This document shows positions 1 through 7,441 of a DNA stretch of 64,000 bases, piece by piece. The DNA is from a bacterium (GTDB taxonomy: Bacteria > UBA10199 > 2-02-FULL-50-16 > JAJFLM01): contig CBDCFN010000016.1 in NCBI GenBank assembly GCA_965216315.1, positions 1,376,001 to 1,440,000 on the forward strand. Reading direction: 5' to 3'. Each line of letters starts with the position of its first letter. The stretch's first letter is position 1. The position numbers and the translations under genes were made by a program. The notes beneath the pieces are model-generated. The model was not told where the DNA came from, did no database searches, and saw nothing but the letters and a program-made list of their open reading frames with translations.

Positions 1-25
1 GGGCGGATATGGAAATAGTCCCGAC

Positions 26-613
26 ATGGCTCGAACACCGGTCAAATTACATCCCCAGCAAAACGACGTCTTAGAGGAGGCGGTCCGTCGCCTCCTCGAA
101 GAGATCGGTGAGGACCCCGCGCGCGAGGGCCTCCTGAAGACGCCCGAGCGGGTCGCCAGCTCCCTCAAATTCCTGACCAAGGGCTACAGTGAAGACCCTG
201 TTGAGGTCCTCAACGGAGCCCTTTTTACCGAATCCCACGAAGAAATGGTCGTGATGAAGGACATCAATATCTACAGTCTCTGTGAACATCATCTCCTCCC
301 GTTTTTTGGTCGCTGTCATGTTGCTTACCTTCCCAACGAAAAAATCGTGGGTATCAGTAAAATTGTCCGGCTGGTTGAAATCTATGCACGCCGACTCCAA
401 GTTCAAGAGCGCATGACCAATGAAATTGCTGAAACCTTGCGCGAAGTCCTGGACCCGCGGGGTGTCGCCGTCGTCATCGAAGCCGAACACATGTGCATGC
501 AAATGCGTGGCGTTCAAAAAAGCGGCTCGACCATGCTGACCTCCGCCATGCTCGGTTCCTTCCGCAAGGATGCCAGAACCCGCGAAGAGTTCATGAATTT
601 GATTCGGAATTAA
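26..613 (+). CDS. folE: GTP cyclohydrolase I
   Basis: [41 protein letters not shown] motifs. Confidence 0.97.
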   Translation: MARTPVKLHPQQNDVLEEAVRRLLEEIGEDPAREGLLKTPERVASSLKFLTKGYSEDPVEVLNGALFTESHEEMVVMKDINIYSLCEHHLLPFFGRCHVAYLPNEKIVGISKIVRLVEIYARRLQVQERMTNEIAETLREVLDPRGVAVVIEAEHMCMQMRGVQKSGSTMLTSAMLGSFRKDARTREEFMNLIRN

Positions 614-1280
614 TCGCAATGCGGTGACGCCACCGCCAATTTTGCCAATAACGACTTTGGTAGGCTGCCATAAAACCGGGAAGTTTCCCTAAGGCCTGCT
701 TCTTAAAATAATTCGCGGCCAACGGCCGGCCTTCCTCGCGCCACTTCTCCGCGTAAAAGGTATTGAACAGTAGGGGCGCTTCGCGAAGCGCCCCTACATC
801 CTTAAATCCCGCATGTTCCAAAAGCAGCTCACAACTCTCCCGCAAATAACGCTGATCATCGTGAGCTAAGACAAGCTCGCCCTCATCGCGAAGGGTCCGA
901 TACAAATCATGGACAAAAGCGGCCTGAAACAAGCGGTGCTTGGCATGGCGCTTTTTCGGCCATGGATCCGAAAAGAGAATATAAATAGATTGCAATTGAT
1001 TGGGCCGAAACAGGCAGGGCAAAGCCACACGGGCATCTCCTAAAATGAGCCGGATGTTACTCAACTGAAAGCGCTGCACCCGTTTGATCAGTTTATAGTA
1101 GCGCTTTTTTTTGATCTCAATCGCCGCAATGACTTCTTCGGGGTGATTGCGTGCCAATTCAAACAAAAAATCACCACGGCCCGGACCGACCTCGAGCCGC
1201 GTCGCTGCATCGATATCGTCGGAGGTCGGATAACAACTCAGCGGCTCATGATAACGAAATGGATTATGCCTATTTGTCAT
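591..1280 (-). CDS. trmB: tRNA (guanine-N7)-methyltransferase
   Basis: [13 protein letters not shown] motif, [10 protein letters not shown]; overlaps the folE 3' end convergently. Confidence 0.92.
   Translation of the reverse strand: MTNRHNPFRYHEPLSCYPTSDDIDAATRLEVGPGRGDFLFELARNHPEEVIAAIEIKKKRYYKLIKRVQRFQLSNIRLILGDARVALPCLFRPNQLQSIYILFSDPWPKKRHAKHRLFQAAFVHDLYRTLRDEGELVLAHDDQRYLRESCELLLEHAGFKDVGALREAPLLFNTFYAEKWREEGRPLAANYFKKQALGKLPGFMAAYQSRYWQNWRWRHRIAINSESNS
770..797. repeat. Perfect 28-bp GTAG-family REP-like palindrome inside trmB
   Basis: GTAGGGGCGCTTCG-CGAAGCGCCCCTAC is its own reverse complement. Confidence 0.85.
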
Positions 1281-1309
1281 TAGACACGTTTACATCATTT
1301 CCTTATAAT
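1281..1309 (+). promoter_or_regulatory. sigma-70 promoter of xerD
   Basis: TAGACA-17-TATAAT, 8 nt before the ATG at 1318. Confidence 0.7.
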
Positions 1310-1317
1310 TCGCGTCA

Positions 1318-2235
1318 ATGGGATCTCTATTGTGTCATAATTCGGAGCTTTTAGCGCATTTAGACCGATATTTGGTGCACTTGCGCATCGAAAAGGGGCT
1401 CGCCACCAATACCATCGAGGCCTACAACGCCGACCTGATGGATTTTTATGATTATCTGGCACGACTTAAGATCACTCAGCTCCAGCAGATCACGCAAGAA
1501 AAACTCCTCGAGTACGTGATTTCGCTAAGCAAACGTCAAATTCAACACACGACCCTCGCACGTAAGGTCGTCTCGCTCCGCCGCTTCTTTGCTTTTCTGG
1601 TCGAACGGAATCAATTGAAGGAAGATCCGGCCAAACGAATGGACAGCCCCCAACGCCAACTGAAGTTGCCTTCGGTATTGAGTCGGTCGGAACTCGAAGA
1701 GCTCCTGAAACAACCGGACCTCGCGCGTCCGGAAGGGCTCCGCGACCGCACGATGCTGGAGTTTCTCTACGCCTCGGGACTGCGTGTCTCTGAGTTGGTC
1801 GGTCTCCGTCCCGAGTTCATCAATAATCAACATGGTTATATCCGCACGATAGGCAAGGGCGCAAAGGAAAGAATCATTCCAATGGGCAAGAGTGCGCTCG
1901 CTTATTATCAACAATATCTCGAGGCGGCGCGGCCGAAGCTCGCTCGCACTCGAGACTCCGGACACCTCTTTTTATCTCGTCGGGGCAATGGCATGTCACG
2001 TCAGTCCGTTTGGGAACGACTCCGCACGTACGCCCGTCAGGCGGGTCTCAAGAAGAAGATCTCGCCTCACACCTTGCGCCATTCCTTTGCCACCCATCTC
2101 TTAGAAGGCGGCGCCGATCTCCGCAGCCTCCAAATGATGCTTGGCCATTCGGATATATCGACGACCCAGATCTACACCCATGTTTCCGGATCCCGACTCA
2201 AAGAAATTCATGAAAAATATCACCCACGGCCGTAG
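1318..2235 (+). CDS. xerD: Tyrosine recombinase XerD
   Basis: RDRTMLEFLYASGLRVSELV, GKGAKERIIP, SPHTLRHSFATHLL, LGHSDISTTQIYTHV, YHPR end. Confidence 0.93.
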   Translation: MGSLLCHNSELLAHLDRYLVHLRIEKGLATNTIEAYNADLMDFYDYLARLKITQLQQITQEKLLEYVISLSKRQIQHTTLARKVVSLRRFFAFLVERNQLKEDPAKRMDSPQRQLKLPSVLSRSELEELLKQPDLARPEGLRDRTMLEFLYASGLRVSELVGLRPEFINNQHGYIRTIGKGAKERIIPMGKSALAYYQQYLEAARPKLARTRDSGHLFLSRRGNGMSRQSVWERLRTYARQAGLKKKISPHTLRHSFATHLLEGGADLRSLQMMLGHSDISTTQIYTHVSGSRLKEIHEKYHPRP

Positions 2236-2292
2236 GGGTGCCCCGCAGCATCAACCATTGACCTATTAATCGATCAACCGTATATACCCTGA

Positions 2293-3300
2293 ATGTCAGC
2301 TAAACCACGTGTCGTCAGCGGCGTCCGCCCGACCGGTCGCCTTCATCTCGGTCACCTTCATGGCGTCATCCGCAACTGGGTCGAACTGCAAGAGAGCTAT
2401 GAATGTTATTTTTTTATCGCCGATTGGCATGCCCTGACGACCGAGTATGAAGATCCCAAAATCGTTGCCCAATCGGGCCGCGATATTCTGGCCGACTGGC
2501 TCGCGGCCGGCATTAACCCGAAAAAGTCGACCCTATTCATTCAATCAGACGTTAAAGAGCATGCGGAATTATACCTACTCTTGGGGATGACGACCCCCTT
2601 GAGTTGGCTGGAGCGCGTCCCATCCTATAAGGAAACCCAACAAAATTTAGCCAACCGCGACCTTAAAACCTATGGTTTTTTAGGCTATCCCTTACTCCAA
2701 ACCGCCGATGTCATCCTTTATAATGCCGAACGGGTGCCGGTGGGCACGGACCAAGTCCCGCATATTGAACTGTCGCGCGAGATCGTCAGGCGTATCAACC
2801 ATATCTATCGTAAAGCGGCAGGGGGTAATGACCTCTTTGTCGAACCGCAACCCTTGTTGACCAGTAGTCCCAAATTGCTCGGACCCGATCGGCGCAAAAT
2901 GAGCAAGAGCTATGATAACTGTATCTACCTAGCCGATCCTCCTGAGGTAATCCGCAAAAAAATCATGGCGGCCATCACGGATCCGGCTCGGGTGCGCAAA
3001 GACGATCCGGGAGACCCCGATATCTGCCTTATTTATGACTATCACAAAATCCATAGTGATAAAGAGACCTTAGCGCGAGTCGCTCAAGAATGTCGGGCCG
3101 GAACCATGGGCTGTGTCGAGGATAAGAAGATGATGGCGGAAACCCTGGTTGAATTTCTCCAACCTCATCAACAAAGACGCCAAGAGTATCTTGACGACCC
3201 GGCCCAATTAGATGCCATATTAGCGGCAGGAACGGCCCGCGCCCGCGATGTGGCGGCCGACACCATGAAACGAGTCCGTAAGGTTATGCAGGTAAGATAA
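2293..3300 (+). CDS. trpS: Tryptophan-tRNA ligase
   Basis: SGVRPTGRLHLGH (HIGH), VPVGTDQ, KMSKS. Confidence 0.97.
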   Translation: MSAKPRVVSGVRPTGRLHLGHLHGVIRNWVELQESYECYFFIADWHALTTEYEDPKIVAQSGRDILADWLAAGINPKKSTLFIQSDVKEHAELYLLLGMTTPLSWLERVPSYKETQQNLANRDLKTYGFLGYPLLQTADVILYNAERVPVGTDQVPHIELSREIVRRINHIYRKAAGGNDLFVEPQPLLTSSPKLLGPDRRKMSKSYDNCIYLADPPEVIRKKIMAAITDPARVRKDDPGDPDICLIYDYHKIHSDKETLARVAQECRAGTMGCVEDKKMMAETLVEFLQPHQQRRQEYLDDPAQLDAILAAGTARARDVAADTMKRVRKVMQVR

Positions 3301-3303
3301 GCT

Positions 3304-4077
3304 ATGTCAGAAGTAAGCCCCTCACCAGCCGATATCTCCTACCGCGTCTCCTTGGAATCCTTCGAGGGACCGCTGGATCTTTTGCTCCACCTTATAAAGA
3401 AGAACGACATTGATATCTACGATATCCCCATTGCCCTGGTCCTGGAGCAATACTTGGGCTACGTGGAGGAGGCTAAGGAACTTGATATTGACTTGGCGGG
3501 CGATTTTCTGCTCGTCGCCGCGGAACTCATCCTAATTAAATCACGACTCCTCATGCCCTGCGATGAAGAGGGAGAAGGGGAGGAAGGACCAGATCCACGT
3601 GAAGAACTGGTTCGACGTCTGATTGAATATCAACGCTATAAAGAAGCGGGAGAAAAACTGATCACTCGCCCGATGCTGGGCAAAGACGTCTTCAAACGCG
3701 GTATCACCGAAAATCCGCCCGAGGAAGAAGAGAGCCTGGAATGCGACATGACCGCTCTTTTGCTCGCCTTTCAGGATGTGCTCAAGCGTCTTCCCGCCGA
3801 TAAAGCCTATGAGATTCAGCAAGAATCTTTCAGCGTGCAAGACAAGATCCTCGAATTGACGGAACGTCTTAAAATCGAGCGCGAGCTCAAATTTCAGGAT
3901 CTATTTGCCATGGACAAAGGGAAGGGTGAGGTGATCGTTACCTTTCTCGGCCTCTTAGAAATGGCCAAACTACGGATGATTCTTATTAGACAAGGGAGCA
4001 GCTTTGACGAAATTTTCGTTTCTTCGCGAGTCGAAGCAGCGCCCGAGACAGCCACTGAGGAAGAAGGAGACGGTTAA
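3304..4077 (+). CDS. scpA: Segregation/condensation protein A (SMC kleisin)
   Basis: FEGPLDLLLHLI, LILIKSRLL, DPREELVRRLIEY. Confidence 0.95.
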   Translation: MSEVSPSPADISYRVSLESFEGPLDLLLHLIKKNDIDIYDIPIALVLEQYLGYVEEAKELDIDLAGDFLLVAAELILIKSRLLMPCDEEGEGEEGPDPREELVRRLIEYQRYKEAGEKLITRPMLGKDVFKRGITENPPEEEESLECDMTALLLAFQDVLKRLPADKAYEIQQESFSVQDKILELTERLKIERELKFQDLFAMDKGKGEVIVTFLGLLEMAKLRMILIRQGSSFDEIFVSSRVEAAPETATEEEGDG

Positions 4078-4869
4078 ATGTCCGAGTTGAGACCTATCAT
4101 TGAGGCCCTCTTGCTAGCCGCCGAAGAACCGCTTTCTCTCAACGAGCTTGCCAAGATAATTATCGATAAAAAAGCCGAATCTCAGCCGACTAAGGCCGAT
4201 ATCAAAGGCGTATTGGATGAAATGATCGAAAAATATGCAGAATCAGCGCATGGGATCCATATCGTTGAGGTCAATGGGGGCTATCAATTCCGTACGAAGC
4301 AGGCTTATGCCGATTGGATCCTTCAACTCAACAACCCCAAGGCCATTCGCCTCTCCAAGCCCGCCGTTGAATCGTTAGCGATCATCGCCTATCGCCAACC
4401 GATCACGCGTGGTGAAGTCGACCATATCCGCGGCGTCGACAGTGGCGCCGTAATGAAAGGGCTCTTAGAAAGGCGCCTCCTCAAGATTGTCGGTCGCAAA
4501 GAGGAACCAGGGCGTCCTTTACTCTATGGAACCACCCCCGACTTTCTAGAACTCTTTGGCCTCAAAGATCTCAAAGAATTGCCCCCGCTCAAGGAATTAG
4601 AGCAACAAGCTCAAGAAATGATCCGCCGCAGCCGTGAAGTCGAGGAAGAGGGTGAAGAAGGGCTTCACGGGCTCGAAGTTGATATCAGCGACCTTGAATG
4701 GCTCGATGAGAAAGAAAAAGAAGTCTTCAGCGAACTCGATACCAAGTTATCTGATTTGAAAAATGCCGACAAAAAGACCCAAGAGATCATCACCCCGTCC
4801 GAAAACGCCGCCCCAACGAGTCCAGAAACGCCCGAAACGCAGCCCGAAGAAAACCCTGTAACTGATTGA
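4078..4869 (+). CDS. scpB: SMC-Scp complex subunit ScpB
   Basis: LAIIAYRQPITRGEV, IRGVDS, PGRPLLYGTT; acidic C-terminal tail. Confidence 0.95.
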   Translation: MSELRPIIEALLLAAEEPLSLNELAKIIIDKKAESQPTKADIKGVLDEMIEKYAESAHGIHIVEVNGGYQFRTKQAYADWILQLNNPKAIRLSKPAVESLAIIAYRQPITRGEVDHIRGVDSGAVMKGLLERRLLKIVGRKEEPGRPLLYGTTPDFLELFGLKDLKELPPLKELEQQAQEMIRRSREVEEEGEEGLHGLEVDISDLEWLDEKEKEVFSELDTKLSDLKNADKKTQEIITPSENAAPTSPETPETQPEENPVTD

Positions 4870-4880
4870 TTTTTAAAGAT

Positions 4881-4913
4881 AAAAGGGCCACCTCCCGTGT
4901 GAAGGTGACCCTT
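4881..4913 (-). terminator. Probable intrinsic terminator of the tRNA gene
   Basis: Minus strand AAGGGTCACCTT..GAGGTGGCCCTT hairpin followed by a T-rich run. Confidence 0.6.
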
Positions 4914-4926
4914 GAAGTTTTGTCTT

Positions 4927-5001
<75 letters not shown>

Positions 5002-5198
5002 ATAAGTTTTGCCTTTTAAACAGGAACTCCCCGTAAAAAGTCAAGAAGTGAAATTTAAGTGTCAAGTGACCTGATTGCGACGATAAACTGCGACATAAAA
5101 GCATGATTAAGTGCGTAACTTGCACGCGCTTCATTAAAGAAACATCGCGCCAACCCGCATGAACTGTGCGTTTGCTAATACACTCCGCTTGCAAAAAG

Positions 5199-5207
5199 TT
5201 ATCCACA
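5199..5207 (+). promoter_or_regulatory. DnaA box
   Basis: Exact TTATCCACA in the 400-bp intergenic region. Confidence 0.5.
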
Positions 5208-5307
5208 AGTCAGAACAAAGTGACATCTTTGCGTGCAAACAAGTCATTAAGTGACGGTTGATTGTTACTAACCCGTTGTAAAAATGTGTTTTTTTCTTGA
5301 ATATCTG

Positions 5308-5336
5308 TTGACCACATTGCTCCAATTAAATATAAT
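5308..5336 (+). promoter_or_regulatory. Near-consensus sigma-70 promoter of the histone-like gene
   Basis: TTGACC-17-TATAAT; AGGAGG Shine-Dalgarno at 5393-5398. Confidence 0.75.
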
Positions 5337-5403
5337 TTCGCTTAATTGTGGCAAATCTCGTTTAATTAAACGTGACCACGTGAACGAGAGCTAGGAGGTA
5401 ACA

Positions 5404-5865
5404 ATGGCAGCAAGGAAAAGAAAGGCAGCAGCGAAAAAGAAATCGCCTGCCCGTAAAAAACCGGCGCGCAAAAAGGCGTCGAAAAAGAAAGCCTCTGCAA
5501 GCAAGAAAAAAGTAGCCCGTAAAGCTACTAAGCGGAAGGCGACTAAACGTAAAGCTACCAAGCGTAAGGCAACCAAGCGTAAGGCAACTAAGCGTAAGGC
5601 AACTAAGCGTAAGGCAACCAAGCGTAAGGCAACTAAGCGTAAGGCAACTAAACGTAAGGCAACCAAGCGTAAGGCAACTAAGCGTAAGGCAACCAAGCGT
5701 AAGGCAACCAAGCGTAAGGCAACCAAGCGTAAGGCAACTAAGCGTAAGGCAACTAAACGTAAGGCTACCAAGCGCAAAGCTACCAAGCGCAAAGCGACTA
5801 AACGGAAGGCCACAAAGCGTAAAGCGACTAAACGCAAGGCCACCAAGCGTCGTAAAAAGAGGTAG
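5404..5865 (+). CDS. Histone H1/HC2-like basic nucleoid protein with 22 KATKR repeats
   Basis: 153 aa K/R/A/T-rich; promoter, SD and terminator present; repeat varies only at synonymous positions. Confidence 0.88.
   Translation: MAARKRKAAAKKKSPARKKPARKKASKKKASASKKKVARKATKRKATKRKATKRKATKRKATKRKATKRKATKRKATKRKATKRKATKRKATKRKATKRKATKRKATKRKATKRKATKRKATKRKATKRKATKRKATKRKATKRKATKRRKKR
5521..5850 (+). repeat. 22 x 15-bp coding tandem repeat (consensus AAGGCAACYAAGCGT)
   Basis: Directly visible; each unit encodes KATKR. Confidence 0.97.
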
Positions 5866-5941
5866 AAACGCCTAACTTTGGTTAGGCAGAAACTGCAGCA
5901 TTGGCATTGCCTCCTTGCTGCTATTCAGCTTTCTGTCTCTC

Positions 5942-5976
5942 AACCCCGTGGGATTAATTTCCCACGGGGTTTTTTT
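5942..5976 (+). terminator. Intrinsic terminator
   Basis: AACCCCGTGGGA-ttaatt-TCCCACGGGGTT plus T-tract. Confidence 0.92.
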
Positions 5977-6022
5977 ATAGGCGAACGCTTGATAATTCAT
6001 CCGGCTTCGCTAACTATACGGC

Positions 6023-6892
6023 ATGGCACATTACTTCTTCGATCTCGATCCGAGCACCCAAACCAATTTACAAAAGCGCTACGCAATTATCCCCATCCCG
6101 TATGAGCGCACCGTTAGTTATGGCAATGGAACCGCGGCGGGACCGCAAGCGATTCTCGACGCGTCACGTCAATTAGAAGCGTATGATGAGGAAGTCAAAA
6201 GTGAAGTCAGTCGACAGATCGGTATCGAGACATTGCCAAGTATTTCATTTGATGAACGGGAAGGGGAGTCGGCTATTCAAATGATTCAACAGCAAGTCGA
6301 ACCCATCGTCGCAAAGCAGCTTATCCCGATAGGCCTAGGAGGCGAGCATACCGTCAGTTTAGGCATTATTCGTCCCTTGATCGCCATTTATCCTGAACTA
6401 CAGGTCGTGCAGATCGATGCCCATTCGGACTTGAGAGACCAATATTTGGATAATTCTTATTCTCACGCCTGTGTCATGCGTCGTGTCCATGAGCTTGGGG
6501 CAAAGATACACGCTGTCGGCATTCGTGCCCAATGCCGAGAAGAAGCTGAGTTTGCCAAGGAGACGGGTATCCACCTTTACTATGACTATCAGCGACGCAA
6601 CAATCCGGACTGGGTTAATGAGTTTATCTCTCACTTGGATCCTTCGCTGCCGGTCTACCTTACCATTGATTGCGATGGCTTTGATCCGGCCGTTTTGCCG
6701 CATACGGGAACACCCGTGCCCGGAGGACTTAATTGGACAGACATGATGGCCTTATGTCGCGTTTTGACACAGTGCTTCACAATCGTCGGTGTTGACGTGG
6801 TCGAGCTGGCACCCAATCAATACAGCCAAGCCTCGGATTTTCTCTGCGCCCAGCTTATCTATAAGTTAATGAGCTACAATGAGGCTAAATAG
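6023..6892 (+). CDS. speB: Agmatinase
   Basis: GGEHTVS, DAHSDLR, SHAC, DCDGFDP..P.TGTP.PGG ureohydrolase motifs. Confidence 0.93.
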   Translation: MAHYFFDLDPSTQTNLQKRYAIIPIPYERTVSYGNGTAAGPQAILDASRQLEAYDEEVKSEVSRQIGIETLPSISFDEREGESAIQMIQQQVEPIVAKQLIPIGLGGEHTVSLGIIRPLIAIYPELQVVQIDAHSDLRDQYLDNSYSHACVMRRVHELGAKIHAVGIRAQCREEAEFAKETGIHLYYDYQRRNNPDWVNEFISHLDPSLPVYLTIDCDGFDPAVLPHTGTPVPGGLNWTDMMALCRVLTQCFTIVGVDVVELAPNQYSQASDFLCAQLIYKLMSYNEAK

Positions 6893-6906
6893 CGATTAGT
6901 TCGCGC

Positions 6907-7170
6907 TTAACGCGCCAAAGTGTCAGCTTTCATTGGCTCCGTGGCAGCATCCAGAATTGTCTCAGTTTTCAGCTTTTCTTCGTCCTGAAGCTCAACCTGA
7001 ACCGATTTTGTGGAAACTTCCTGGCTGGTCGTATCAATCTTAGTGGAAGTCGTATCCGTAAGGATCTTAGTTTCGTCGGTTTTGATCTGACCACGAGGCA
7101 TCATGCCCATGCCATAAATCGAAGCGGACAGACTCATGAAGAGCATCAATGAAAGGAGGCGTTGTATCAT
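6907..7170 (-). CDS. Small exported hypothetical protein (87 aa)
   Basis: ATG at 7170 with GAGG upstream; signal-peptide-like MIQRLLSLMLFMSLSASIYG; T/E/K-rich body. Confidence 0.6.
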   Translation of the reverse strand: MIQRLLSLMLFMSLSASIYGMGMMPRGQIKTDETKILTDTTSTKIDTTSQEVSTKSVQVELQDEEKLKTETILDAATEPMKADTLAR

Positions 7171-7271
7171 GGTGCGCCTCTTATGACCCAAGCAAGGGAA
7201 ATAGATCAAGAACAAGATCGATCCGCAAGCTACCTTTATATATAAGGTGCCCCAATCCGCCCACACATACA

Positions 7272-7299
7272 ACGTCGCATAAGATATATTATGTCAAAT
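7272..7299 (+). other. dif-like XerC/XerD recombination site
   Basis: ACGTCGCATAA-GATATA-TTATGTCAAAT, 21/28 identical to E. coli dif; intergenic; flanking genes converge on it. Confidence 0.85.
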
Positions 7300-7353
7300 A
7301 ATAGCGATATCAAGCGGGACTGCCTGGGGGCAGCATCTACATCACTCGTGATT

Positions 7354-7381
7354 AATTGACATAATATTTCACTTCGGGGGC
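7354..7381 (-). other. Inverted partial dif-like site (XerD arm and spacer intact, XerC arm degenerate)
   Basis: Minus strand GCCCCCGAAGT-GAAATA-TTATGTCAATT; 15/17 identity to the spacer plus XerD arm of the first site. Confidence 0.6.
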
Positions 7382-7441
7382 TGCCGATCGCAGAGCGCTC
7401 GGCACTTTGGGCGCCAGAGGCGCTGATCCGACGCTAGCCCC

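Noticed and set aside
1318..2235. Prophage or island integrase near the tRNA
   Set aside because: Typical housekeeping XerD in trpS-scpAB context; no duplicated tRNA 3' end or phage genes seen
5002..5400. Possible oriC (AT-rich, DnaA box)
   Set aside because: Only one perfect box, no dnaA/dnaN nearby, and a dif-like site 2 kb away
5391..5846. Minus-strand ORF of VALRL repeats
   Set aside because: Antisense shadow of the KATKR repeat; promoter, SD and terminator are all on the + strand
5521..5850. CRISPR-like regularity
   Set aside because: Contiguous 15-bp coding repeats with no spacers and no cas genes
6900..6927. XerC-arm-like TTCGCGCTTAA left of the orphan gene
   Set aside because: No XerD arm at the correct 6-bp spacing
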